A stretch of DNA of 53,755 nucleotides from Candidatus Micrarchaeota archaeon (GTDB taxonomy: Archaea > Micrarchaeota > Micrarchaeia > Micrarchaeales > CABMGC01), in the NCBI GenBank assembly GCA_021810375.1, contig JAJZJB010000001.1, forward strand, positions 1-53,755, written 5' to 3'. Positions 17,753-27,063 of the stretch are shown piece after piece; position 1 is the stretch's first letter; each line of letters opens with the position of its first letter. The position numbers were made by a program, and so were the translations under genes. The notes under the pieces were generated by a model. That model worked only from the letters and a program-made list of their open reading frames with translations. It did not search any database and was not told the origin of the DNA.

Positions 17753-18184
17753 GTGACAAGAAGAAAAGGCGTGGCAGGGTTGGTTCCTAGCGGCGAACAG
17801 GACATTGATGCACAGAGAAGGCTCTTCCACTGGCCATTGACAAGGTGGGACTGGAGTGCATTTAACCAGCTACCCAGCATTGACATGATAGATGAAGGGA
17901 AAATAATACGCATAAGGGCAGACCTTCCCGGAGTGGATAGGAAAAACATAAAGTTGGATGTAGGAAAAGACTCAGTTACTATAAGAGTTGCGGAAAAGAC
18001 AGGATCGGAACGCTCTGGAAAGAATTATTATTACAGCGAGCGCTCATCGGCAGGATATTACAGGAGCATACCGCTGCCTGAAGAAGTAGACCCTGGCAAT
18101 CCGAGGGCTAGATTCGAGAATGGAACTCTTGAGATAACGCTCACGAAGAAGAACGGCGGCAGGAGAAGCATAAAGATAGATTAG
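17753..18184 (+). CDS. Small heat-shock protein (Hsp20/alpha-crystallin); GTG start
   Basis: IDMIDEGKIIRIRADLPGVDRKNIKLDV ... ARFENGTLEITLTKK. Confidence 0.85.
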   Translation: MTRRKGVAGLVPSGEQDIDAQRRLFHWPLTRWDWSAFNQLPSIDMIDEGKIIRIRADLPGVDRKNIKLDVGKDSVTIRVAEKTGSERSGKNYYYSERSSAGYYRSIPLPEEVDPGNPRARFENGTLEITLTKKNGGRRSIKID

Positions 18185-19545
18185 GACTGTTTTTTTGTCT
18201 TTTCTAGGGCAGACTCGAATTCCTGCCTGGCTATGGCCATAAGCCCCTCGGCTGCTTCCCTGGTCTTGGCCTCGACTCTGCATTTTATAAGTGGGGTCGT
18301 ATTGGAAACGCGCAGCAGATACCAGCCCTCACCAGTATGGACCTTGGTACCTTCGAAAGTATCGACACTGCATCCCTTTTGCTTCAGCGAAGTAGTTATT
18401 TGTTCTATGACCCTGTGTTTTACGGAATCATCGCATTTGAATTCCTCGAAGATATTGATGTATTGCGGCAGCGTGGCAACGAGCTCCGAGAGCTTTTTCC
18501 CGCTCTTTACTACAAGTTCTGAAACCTTAAGCGCGGCAAATAATGCATCATCGGCACCGTATGTTTCCTTGAAGTACATGTGCCCGGATATCTCTCCGCC
18601 GAATCTGCAGCCCTGGCCCTTCATGCTTTCCTTCATGTGCGAATGCCCGACAAGCGTGAGCACCGGCACACCGCCTTTCTCGTGTATCATATCCTCGACA
18701 ACAGAGGAGCATGACACTTCGTATGCAACCTTTTCGCCTGGCCTCAGGAATTCCTTTATCAGGAGCCCCAATACGATATCGCCCCCTACAACTTTGCCCT
18801 TGTCAGTCACAAAGAGCACCCGATCACCGTCTCCGTCGAATGCAACTCCGAAGTTCATTACTCTTGATAGGACCAATCCGGTAAGTTCCTTTATGCTCGC
18901 CTCGGTAGGCTCAGGGGATCTTGATGGAAACCTTCCGTCAGGGATATCATTTATTGGATGCACATTTGCGCCTTTTGAACGGAATAATCCAGTAGCTATT
19001 CCGGAATACGCCCCGTTCCCTGGATCCAGGCCTATCGTCAGCCCATTCAGGTCGCTTATGTTTTTAGAGAGGAAATCGGTATAGTCTGCCATTATTTCCT
19101 TGCTCCTGTCCTCTATCTTGCCCCCAGGCAGGCTCTCAAATCTACCTGCCTTAATAATATCCCTGATTGTCTCGAGACCAGAACCCATACCTATTACGTG
19201 GGCATCCTCCCTGCATATCTTGAACCCGTTCCATTCCGGGGGATTATGGCTTGCACTCACAGTTATTCCGCCGTCGAGCTTGTACCTGGAGATTGCGAAA
19301 TAAAGAAGCGGGGTAGGTATCACCCCTGCATCTACCACCTCGATTCCAGTACTCAACAGCCCCTTTATCAGGCTCTCGGAAAGGCTTGGGCTGCTTGTCC
19401 GTATATCCCTGCCCACGAGGATCTTCTTGCCCCTGCCGATGAAGGTCCCGTATGCCTTTCCCATGTTCTCTGCAAGCGCCTCGTCTATGTCCGTAGGGTA
19501 TATGCCGCGTACATCGTATGACCTGAATATGTTCTCGTTTATCAT
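18181..19545 (-). CDS. Phosphoglucosamine/phosphomannomutase family protein
   Basis: TVSASHNPPEWNGFK (active-site Ser), GLDPGNGA, AFDGDGDR and GGEISGH. The start is set at MINENIFRSYDVRGIY. Confidence 0.9.
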   Translation of the reverse strand: MINENIFRSYDVRGIYPTDIDEALAENMGKAYGTFIGRGKKILVGRDIRTSSPSLSESLIKGLLSTGIEVVDAGVIPTPLLYFAISRYKLDGGITVSASHNPPEWNGFKICREDAHVIGMGSGLETIRDIIKAGRFESLPGGKIEDRSKEIMADYTDFLSKNISDLNGLTIGLDPGNGAYSGIATGLFRSKGANVHPINDIPDGRFPSRSPEPTEASIKELTGLVLSRVMNFGVAFDGDGDRVLFVTDKGKVVGGDIVLGLLIKEFLRPGEKVAYEVSCSSVVEDMIHEKGGVPVLTLVGHSHMKESMKGQGCRFGGEISGHMYFKETYGADDALFAALKVSELVVKSGKKLSELVATLPQYINIFEEFKCDDSVKHRVIEQITTSLKQKGCSVDTFEGTKVHTGEGWYLLRVSNTTPLIKCRVEAKTREAAEGLMAIARQEFESALEKTKKQS

Positions 19546-19672
19546 GATACCATCCCTGCTGTTGTCCTCGTGTTTATACGCCGCGGAGAGGCGCAGTGAA
19601 ATGAAGAACAATGCAATTCAATTTAGCCACATTCATGTTATTATCTCTTTTCATCTTATCATTATTGGTCTT

Positions 19673-20836
19673 ATGCTCGACGAACAGGGCATCTCGTTTG
19701 TAAAGAAGCTCATCTCCGACTACTATAGGAGCAGCTACAGGATCGGGCCGGACAGGATGGAGCAGCGCGAGTTCGGAGCGGGAAACTTCGAGAGGAAGAT
19801 TGCGTTCAGGCACCTCTCATTTCCAAATTCTGAAGAATTAAGGAGGTACCTCGTCAGGGAGTCGCCGCCCTACGTATCATATTCTTCGTCGTATTACAGA
19901 TTCCCGGCAGGCAGGCCGATGGAGGCAAAGGGGTGGTTGGGCGCGGAACTCGTCTTCGATCTTGATGCTACTGACATAAATTTACCATGCCAGAAAACGC
20001 ACGGGAGGGGATGGGTCTGCAGGAACTGCCTGGACTCCGTAAAGGCAGAGACGATAAAGCTGGTGGACGAGTTCCTAATTCCGGATTTTGGCTTCTCTTC
20101 CGGGGAGATTAGCATAAACTTCAGTGGAAACAGGGGATACCACGTGCATGTCAGCGACAAGGCTACATACTCGCTCAATTCCGCGGAAAGGAAGGAGATT
20201 ACAGATTATATAGCAGGCATAGGAGTGGAGATGCAGGAATTCTTCCCCACGCTAGGCATGAGAGGCAAATCGCTTACCGGTCCCAAGCCCTCAGACAAAG
20301 GCTGGGCGGGCAAGATGGCAAGGCATTTCCTGGCAATAATGGATAAAGGAACAGACGCCATGATGGAGCTTGGGATAGACAGGCAGACGGCAAACATGAT
20401 ATATAAGAAGCGAGCGCTGATACAGCTTGGCATAAACAGCGGAAACTGGGACATGGCATACATAAAGAACAAGGCAGACTTCTGGAAAAGGATACTCGAG
20501 AATCTCACTATAAAGCAGAGCGACAGGATAGACAGGAACGTTACCAATGACACATCACACCTGATAAGGCTACCAAACACGATACACGGAGAGACAGGGC
20601 TCATTGCAAAGGTTGTTGGCCGTGTATCTGACCTGGAGAGGTTTGACCCGATGAAGGATGCGATAGCCTTCAGGAGAGGCGAGATGAAGATATCTGCAAA
20701 TACGAATTTCGAGATATACATGAACGGACTGAGGTTTGGACCTTATGGCGGAAACATAAAAGTGCCGATCTATGTAGGTATTTATCTTTATCTGAAAGGA
20801 TATGCAAAGTTACTCGAGATGCCTCAGACAAAGTAA
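19673..20836 (+). CDS. priS: DNA primase small (catalytic) subunit PriS
   Basis: ELVFDLDA, GNRGYHVHV and RLPNTIHGETG. The start is set at the internal ATG at 19673 because the upstream part of the ORF overlaps the mutase gene. Confidence 0.9.
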   Translation: MLDEQGISFVKKLISDYYRSSYRIGPDRMEQREFGAGNFERKIAFRHLSFPNSEELRRYLVRESPPYVSYSSSYYRFPAGRPMEAKGWLGAELVFDLDATDINLPCQKTHGRGWVCRNCLDSVKAETIKLVDEFLIPDFGFSSGEISINFSGNRGYHVHVSDKATYSLNSAERKEITDYIAGIGVEMQEFFPTLGMRGKSLTGPKPSDKGWAGKMARHFLAIMDKGTDAMMELGIDRQTANMIYKKRALIQLGINSGNWDMAYIKNKADFWKRILENLTIKQSDRIDRNVTNDTSHLIRLPNTIHGETGLIAKVVGRVSDLERFDPMKDAIAFRRGEMKISANTNFEIYMNGLRFGPYGGNIKVPIYVGIYLYLKGYAKLLEMPQTK

Positions 20837-20848
20837 AGATCAATGAGA

Positions 20849-20892
20849 TATTGCAACTATATTATGTTGCTGTAAGAATTCTTCTTGTTTTA
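20849..20892 (+). repeat. Direct repeat copy A (38 of 44 positions identical to 25300-25343), immediately after the priS stop
   Basis: TATTGCAACTATATTATGTTGCTGTAAGAATTCTTCTTGTTTTA versus TATTGCAACTATAGTATGTTGAAGTAAAGATTCTTCTTCTTTTA. Weaker similarity extends about 15 nt on each side. Confidence 0.8.
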
Positions 20893-21042
20893 GCTCTGAA
20901 GAAATGCTAATACCGCATTAGAATCGTAATGCCCCATAAAGAATGGTGAATACCGATAGTAGACCTTGTTTGCTATTAGGATGAACACCGTATTTGCAGT
21001 GAAGGTTCAGTATCGCTGATCAGAGAGCATAGGTACGCAAAA

Positions 21043-24000
21043 TTATGGACTGGCTGATGAAGGCAGCAATGCGGCCTCTACCGAAACGTATGAATCAGCA
21101 GCCTGGGAGATACCAGATATGGTGTAGGTTCCAGATGGTTGTGACTTGCAGTATGCGATTGCAACAGTTGCTGTGCCTGATGTACCCATACCCTCGGAGA
21201 CCTGAGTCTGACAATCAGATGGGAATGTGATTGATGTGCATGTGAAATAGCCGCATGCAGCAAGAAGAAGAACGTTCGAGGTTGACGGGAGTGTGTAACT
21301 TGAGGAGAAGCTTCTTACTCCGTTGAATGTTGTTGGGGAATTTATAACATTGTAGCTGCCTGCGGTTATTCCGTTGAAGCCCATAATACCAAGGACTTGC
21401 CATTCTGATTTGGTGCTGGTGGCTGTGCATGTGGGTGATGTCTGGCTGCCTGAAGAAGCATACCCATGCGATGTCACTATGTCATTGCTCCAGCTGTATG
21501 ATGTCATGGGATAGTTATAGTTTGCACCTGCACAGAAGTAGAGGCTGCAGCCTGGGGATGCGGATACAAGACCGTACCCTGTCTCACCGAAAGTGCAAGA
21601 TGCAGCAGTGACTGTAACCACGCTTGGCACGGAACATGTTCCGATGCTGGTATCGCATGATTCCATCACGTAATCGCCCGTGGCAAGTCCGTTGAGTGGG
21701 TATGACACAGTGGTTGTGCCTGTTGCAACGACATTGTTAGGAGTACATGTGGTCCCGGAGCAGTCTTTTATGTCCACCGTGTGCCCTGTTAGGGTTGTTG
21801 CACCGATTGCATTGTCGTCTGCAGCACCTTGAGGTAGTGAATTTCCAGAGGAGAAGGTGAGTGTTGGGGGTATGCCCCCGCTGCCGCTGAGGAGTGCGGC
21901 TTCGACTGAGAAGTATACGTTTGGATTCACTGATGGTGTTGTGCCTGATATAGTGTAGGTGCCAGATGGTTGTGACTGGCAGTATGCGATTGCTACTGTA
22001 GCGTTATTGGTGTTGCCTACATTCTCTGAAACTTTCGAAACACAACCTGATGGGAATGTGATTGATGTGCATTGAGTATAACCGCATGCAACAAGAAGAA
22101 GAACGTTTGAGGTTGATGTGAGCCCATAACTTGAGGAGAAGTTAGTACCTGTTCCAGAGTTGCCTCCCGTTCTGTTGAATGTTGTTGGGTAATTTATAAC
22201 GTTGTAGCTTCCTGCGGTTATTCCGTTGAAACCTATAATTCCTATAACTTGAGAGCCTAATCCGCCGCTGTTAGCCGTGCATGTAGGTGATGTCTGGCTA
22301 CCTGAGGAGGCAGAATTAGAAGAGGTTACTACATCATTGCTCCAACTGTATGATGTCATGGGATAGTTATAGTTTGCGCCTGCACAGAAGTAGAGGCTGC
22401 AGCCTGGGGATGCGGATACAGAACCGTATCCGGTCTCACCGAAAGTGCAAGATGCGGCAGTGACTGTAACCACGCTTGGCAGGGAACATATTCCGATGCT
22501 GGTATCGCAGGATTCCATGACGTAATCGCCCGTGGCAAGTCCGTTGAGTGGGTATGACACAGTGGTTGTGCCTGTTGCAAGGATGTTGTTAGGGGTGCAT
22601 GTGGTCCCGGAGCAGTCTTTTATGTCCACGGTGTGCCCTGTTAGGGTTGTTGCACCGATTGCATTGTCAGTTGCACCTTGAGGCAGAGAGTTTCCAGCTG
22701 AAAAGTTGAGTGTTGGAAGTATGCCCCCGCTGCCGCTGAGGAGTGCGGCTTCGACTGATATTTCCGCAAGATAGTATTCTGCGGTGCCTGATATAGTGTA
22801 GGTGCCCGGTGGCTGCGATGAGCATAATGCTATTGCAACGGTTCCGTTATATGAAGTGCCTATATTTTCCGAGACTAGCATCGGACAGCCGGCTGGGAAT
22901 GTAATTGATGTGCATGGAGCCCCACGACCTTCACCGCATGAGACAAGAAGAAGAACGTTTGAGGTTGATGTGAGCCCATAACTTGAGGAGAAACTACTGC
23001 TTACTCCGTTGAATGTTGATGGGGAATTTATAACGTTGTAGCTTCCTGCGGTTATTCCGTTGAAGCCTATAATTCCAAGAGCTTGCCATTCTGGGCCGCC
23101 TGCGTTGTCGACCGTGCATGTGGGTGATGTCTGGCTGCCTGAAGAAGCATATGGGGGTGGTGATGTTACTACGTCATTGCCCCAGCTATATGATGTCATG
23201 GGATAGTTATCGTTTGCGCCTGCACAGAAGTAGAGGCTGCAACCTGATGCAGCAGTCAGTGTGTTCGAGCCGATATTTCCTGCTGAGTCGCAGTATAGCG
23301 TTGACGACTGTATCGATGGCATTACTGTAACTGCATATGTCTTCGAATATGCGAGTGCATTGGCATCTTCGGCCTCGAAGACATAGTTGCCGATGGCGAG
23401 TACGTTGAGGTTGAATGACGCAGTGGTTGTGCCTGTTGCAATGACGTTGTTAGGAGTGCAGGAAAGGCCAGTGCATGATAGTATCTTCACGGTATCTCCG
23501 GTTGCGGCAGTGGTCCCTACTGCGTTGTCTGTTGTGCCCTGAAATATCGAGGTGCCGTTGGAGAACGTGAGTGTCGGTATGGAGCTGCCGCTGCCGCTGA
23601 GGAGTGCGGCTTCCACTGAAACTTCCACGTAAGGAGCTGCTGCGGAGCCCGATATGGTGTACGTGCCCGGTGGCTGCGAATAACATAATGCTATTGCAAC
23701 GGTTCCAAAGTTGTCAGCATTCAGATTTTCCATGAGCAATGTCTGGCAACCGGATGGGAATGCGATTGATGTGCATTGATAATTGCCGCATGAGACAAGA
23801 AGAAGGACCTTTGATGTCGATGAGATACTGTAGCTAGAGGAAAACCTGCTGCCTGTTCCGTTGAATGTTGTTGGGGAATTTATAACCTTGTAGCCACCTG
23901 CGGTTATTCCGTTGAAGCCTACGACTCCGAGGCCTTGATATCCTATTGATCCGTAGCTGACAGCGCTGTTATTGACAGCGGTGCATGTGGGTGATGTCTG

Positions 24001-25260
24001 ACTGCCTGAAGATGCGTATTTGAGTGCTGTCAATGTATCGATGTTCCAGCTGAATGATGTCATCGGATAATTCCAATTTGCGCCTGCACAGAAGTAGAGG
24101 CTGCAGCCTGGGGATGCGGATACATAATCATATCCGATGCTGCCTACTGCTGCGCAGTATGGAGCAGGAGGGGATGCGGTGTACGTTGCTACAACCGTAC
24201 AGTTGTAGTTCACTGCAATTATGCCATATGGACTTGTTTCCTCGCATCCAGACACTACAGGATTTGATATGGTAAGGCCGTTGGTTGCCGTAAGGGAATT
24301 TGCAAAGATGTACGTGTCCCTTGCAGTAGATGATATAGGTATAGAGATAGGGAGCTGGCTGACTGTATACACATTTCCGTTCACAGTAAGGATGCTCCCA
24401 TTTATGCCCATCGTGTTGACTGCCTCGAACGTTACCATGGTACTTGAAACAAAATCAATTACTACATTTGCAGAATAGCCGGAGAAGTTGGCGTAGACGA
24501 TGTCATTGCCTGGAGTATAGCTCAAGATGTAACTGGTTGCAGTCCCTTTGGAGTCCGTGGCCTCCTTTGACGGGCTGATGACGGGAAATGATTGATTCTC
24601 GGTGAAATTGATCCCAGCACCCTGATAAGGATTGCCTAGCAGGTATACACTTGCAGTAAGTACGTCTTCCTGCCCACTTGCAATTTGTGTAGTATTCTGT
24701 GCAGATAATGAGATGGAGAATGGAGTTGGGGAGATTACAGGTTGGACGTGAGTTACGGCTGAACCAGATATTGTCTCATGCGATCCGCGGCATGTCTGCT
24801 GTGACTTACCTTTAGTGCACACCGTTTCTTTTACATAGAGATCTGATGAGACTGTTGTTCCCTGTCCGTATGTGCTCGGAACGGTTACAGTGCAGATAAT
24901 CGAGCCACCGGGCAGAACAAATGAGGGTGTGCATGTACCAGTTACATTGCCACTGTTTTGAGCATTTATGATAAGGCTAGGTCCGTTGATAGGATACTGC
25001 TGCGCGTTTGAGAGTACTATTACGACTGATGAACTTGCAGTATTGCTTCCGAAGACCATGTCCTTGCATGAGAGCGCGGTAGATATGATACATGTTGAGG
25101 GCGCAGCGGTAGAGGAAGTGAGTCCCAGCACGACTATGACTGCCAGAGCAGCGACAATTATGAGCAGCGCCCAGCCATACGTTACAAGATATTCCATTGC
25201 AGACTGAGCAGTTGTACTGCCAGATCTTGGAGATTTGTACCTTTTTTGATGCCGAGACAT
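21043..25260 (-). CDS. Giant (1405 aa) surface protein: class III signal peptide/type IV pilin-like N-terminus, pilin-like Cys domain, Ig-like region, then four tandem ~285-aa Cys/Ser/Thr-rich repeats
   Basis: N-terminus ..RSGSTTAQSAMEYLVTYGWALLIIVAALAVIVVLGL. GCSLYFCAG recurs at residues 385, 673, 953 and 1237. The frame is uninterrupted. Confidence 0.8.
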   Translation of the reverse strand: MSRHQKRYKSPRSGSTTAQSAMEYLVTYGWALLIIVAALAVIVVLGLTSSTAAPSTCIISTALSCKDMVFGSNTASSSVVIVLSNAQQYPINGPSLIINAQNSGNVTGTCTPSFVLPGGSIICTVTVPSTYGQGTTVSSDLYVKETVCTKGKSQQTCRGSHETISGSAVTHVQPVISPTPFSISLSAQNTTQIASGQEDVLTASVYLLGNPYQGAGINFTENQSFPVISPSKEATDSKGTATSYILSYTPGNDIVYANFSGYSANVVIDFVSSTMVTFEAVNTMGINGSILTVNGNVYTVSQLPISIPISSTARDTYIFANSLTATNGLTISNPVVSGCEETSPYGIIAVNYNCTVVATYTASPPAPYCAAVGSIGYDYVSASPGCSLYFCAGANWNYPMTSFSWNIDTLTALKYASSGSQTSPTCTAVNNSAVSYGSIGYQGLGVVGFNGITAGGYKVINSPTTFNGTGSRFSSSYSISSTSKVLLLVSCGNYQCTSIAFPSGCQTLLMENLNADNFGTVAIALCYSQPPGTYTISGSAAAPYVEVSVEAALLSGSGSSIPTLTFSNGTSIFQGTTDNAVGTTAATGDTVKILSCTGLSCTPNNVIATGTTTASFNLNVLAIGNYVFEAEDANALAYSKTYAVTVMPSIQSSTLYCDSAGNIGSNTLTAASGCSLYFCAGANDNYPMTSYSWGNDVVTSPPPYASSGSQTSPTCTVDNAGGPEWQALGIIGFNGITAGSYNVINSPSTFNGVSSSFSSSYGLTSTSNVLLLVSCGEGRGAPCTSITFPAGCPMLVSENIGTSYNGTVAIALCSSQPPGTYTISGTAEYYLAEISVEAALLSGSGGILPTLNFSAGNSLPQGATDNAIGATTLTGHTVDIKDCSGTTCTPNNILATGTTTVSYPLNGLATGDYVMESCDTSIGICSLPSVVTVTAASCTFGETGYGSVSASPGCSLYFCAGANYNYPMTSYSWSNDVVTSSNSASSGSQTSPTCTANSGGLGSQVIGIIGFNGITAGSYNVINYPTTFNRTGGNSGTGTNFSSSYGLTSTSNVLLLVACGYTQCTSITFPSGCVSKVSENVGNTNNATVAIAYCQSQPSGTYTISGTTPSVNPNVYFSVEAALLSGSGGIPPTLTFSSGNSLPQGAADDNAIGATTLTGHTVDIKDCSGTTCTPNNVVATGTTTVSYPLNGLATGDYVMESCDTSIGTCSVPSVVTVTAASCTFGETGYGLVSASPGCSLYFCAGANYNYPMTSYSWSNDIVTSHGYASSGSQTSPTCTATSTKSEWQVLGIMGFNGITAGSYNVINSPTTFNGVRSFSSSYTLPSTSNVLLLAACGYFTCTSITFPSDCQTQVSEGMGTSGTATVAIAYCKSQPSGTYTISGISQAADSYVSVEAALLPSSASP
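21046..24165 (-). repeat. Intragenic tandem repeat array, four units of ~840-865 nt (the last is truncated)
   Basis: TGCACAGAAGTAGAGGCTGCA recurs on the + strand near 21531, 22381, 23221 and 24085. The spurious + strand ORFs at 21429, 23118 and 24054 are paralogous. Confidence 0.9.
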
Positions 25261-25299
25261 GTAATGATAGTATACGAGAAAGTTAAAGATTTAAAAAGG

Positions 25300-25343
25300 T
25301 ATTGCAACTATAGTATGTTGAAGTAAAGATTCTTCTTCTTTTA
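25300..25343 (+). repeat. Direct repeat copy B, inside the divergent promoter region between the giant gene and rpl15e
   Basis: See copy A. Confidence 0.8.
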
Positions 25344-25367
25344 AAGAAGATGACGGCAGGTGAACGC

Positions 25368-25946
25368 ATGGGAATCTATAAACATATAGACAGAACTTTC
25401 CAGGATGAGTACAAGCAGAGAGGCGAGCTCCTGAAGAGGAGGATAACGCAATGGAGGGACGAGCCGTCCGTCAACAGAATTGAACGTCCAACCAACATAT
25501 CGCGCGCAAGAAAACTCGGCTACAAGGCAAAGGAGGGCGTAGTGATGGCCCGGGTCAAGGTCGAGAGGGGGCTCAGGAAAAGGAGAAAGATGCGCGGAGG
25601 CAGAAAGCCTTCGAAGAGTGGCAGGTTCTATGCGTATAGGAAGTCATTGCAGTCAATGGCTGAAGAGAGAGCAGCAAGGAAGTTCTCAAACTGCGAAGTG
25701 CTCAATTCATATTTTGTAGGACAGGATGGCTCGTACAAGTTCTTCGAGGCCATACTCATAGACAGGTCACACCCTGCAATAGCTAATGACCCGTATTATT
25801 CGCAGGTGCTGCATAACAAGGGCAGGGTCTACAGGGGATTGACAAGCTCCGGAGTGAAGCATAGAGGAATGCGCATGAAGGGCTTTGGCACAAAGAGGAA
25901 CCGGCCTAGTGTAAGATCAAGCCAGCGCGGGATACTCAGGGTCTGA
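25368..25946 (+). CDS. rpl15e: 50S ribosomal protein L15e
   Basis: MGIYKHIDRTFQDEYKQ..., YKAKEGVVMARVKVERG and RGLTSSGVKHRG. Confidence 0.95.
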   Translation: MGIYKHIDRTFQDEYKQRGELLKRRITQWRDEPSVNRIERPTNISRARKLGYKAKEGVVMARVKVERGLRKRRKMRGGRKPSKSGRFYAYRKSLQSMAEERAARKFSNCEVLNSYFVGQDGSYKFFEAILIDRSHPAIANDPYYSQVLHNKGRVYRGLTSSGVKHRGMRMKGFGTKRNRPSVRSSQRGILRV

Positions 25947-25952
25947 TTCTGG

Positions 25953-26189
25953 ATGCACAAGGCAGTGCTGAAGATAGAAGTAGGAAAGAATGCGAGGGAG
26001 TATCTTGGCGTAATAGACAAGAGAATCGATTACGGGAGGAGCAAGGTAAGGATAACAGGGGACAGGAGTACTATAACAATAGAAGTAACTGCAGAAGACA
26101 CACGCGCCCTATTAGCATCGATGAATGGTGCGCTCAAGCAGCTAAGGATAGTCAGCAATGTAGATGCAGAATTAAAAGGAATAAGATGA
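25953..26189 (+). CDS. KEOPS complex subunit Pcc1-like protein
   Basis: 78 aa. The pattern RSKVRITGDRSTITIEVTAEDTRALLASMNGALKQLRIV matches the Pcc1 beta-beta-beta-alpha layout (A.D..alRa..ns.l). Confidence 0.55.
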   Translation: MHKAVLKIEVGKNAREYLGVIDKRIDYGRSKVRITGDRSTITIEVTAEDTRALLASMNGALKQLRIVSNVDAELKGIR

Positions 26190-26202
26190 GTCATGTTGCA
26201 CG

Positions 26203-26892
26203 CTAGTGCTTGCTCTCCTTGCGCATCGCGTTCTCAATCCTTTCCCTTGCCGCATCCTTTATGGCAAGCTCCTGGGCCTCGGTAAGCATGGCTCCCCTGA
26301 AATCCGCGAAATCCAGGTTTTTCGCGTGGGGCAGGTTCTTAGTCTCCCTAAGGTCGGTGCCGAAGAACATGGCGCCGGCGATGTTTGTTCCGAGAAAATC
26401 CAGGCCAGTTGCAGACTTGAGGTTGCTGAAGTCTGCACCCTCTGCATCGGCGTATCTCACGCTTGCTCCGGCCATGTCTGATCCCCGAAAACTTGTGCTA
26501 ATCAGGCATGTTCCTGATCCGGAGAACGACGCGCCTTTTAAGTCGCACTCTCCGAATTCCGTGAAGAAGAGGTATGACCTGTCGAAGACGCCATTCTGTA
26601 TGTCGCACCTGTAAAACGAGAGGTTGTGCACAAGGGAATGGACCCCGGTGAATGTTGCGGGCAACGTCCTGTACGGCACATCGCCTCCAGAAGGACCTTC
26701 CTTTTTCATTATATTGTTCCTTATGATCTGACCCTCAAACCTGCACTCGCTCCTGCTAGAATATGTTCGTTTCATTATGGCTTCAAGCACTTCTGTAGGC
26801 TTGGTGATTCTTGGCAGTTCCACGAACTGTTCCTGCTTCTTTGCAGGACCCATAATAAATATTCTAGGACTTCCAGGCACTTCACAGCCCAC
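26203..26892 (-). CDS. Pentapeptide-repeat protein
   Basis: Consecutive A(D/N)LxG-type repeats: CDLKGASFSGSG.., FRGSDMAGASVRYADAEGADFSNLKSATGLDFLGTNIAGAMFFGTDL. Confidence 0.85.
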   Translation of the reverse strand: MGCEVPGSPRIFIMGPAKKQEQFVELPRITKPTEVLEAIMKRTYSSRSECRFEGQIIRNNIMKKEGPSGGDVPYRTLPATFTGVHSLVHNLSFYRCDIQNGVFDRSYLFFTEFGECDLKGASFSGSGTCLISTSFRGSDMAGASVRYADAEGADFSNLKSATGLDFLGTNIAGAMFFGTDLRETKNLPHAKNLDFADFRGAMLTEAQELAIKDAARERIENAMRKESKH

Positions 26893-26988
26893 CCTCTTTA
26901 AGTATAATTTTCCTTGAATCGACGCTATTTATGCCTTTCCTGCAGATTTGTCGCGCATAATCTGATATGAACACATCAGGAAGGAAGG

Positions 26989-27000
26989 CTTATAAATATA
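26989..27000 (+). promoter_or_regulatory. TATA-like box (CTTATAAATATA) upstream of the rpl3 cluster
   Basis: AT-rich box about 65 nt upstream of the rpl3 ATG. Confidence 0.3.
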
Positions 27001-27063
27001 TTCTGAGAAGAATAGCTGCAGCTAATTGTTATCACAAAGGTAACTCCCAGTCAGGTAACCAAT

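Noticed and set aside
21043-25260. Regularly spaced repeats that might be taken for a CRISPR array or satellite
   Set aside because: The period is about 850 nt with no short spacer/repeat alternation. The whole region is one uninterrupted ORF whose repeats are conserved at the protein level.
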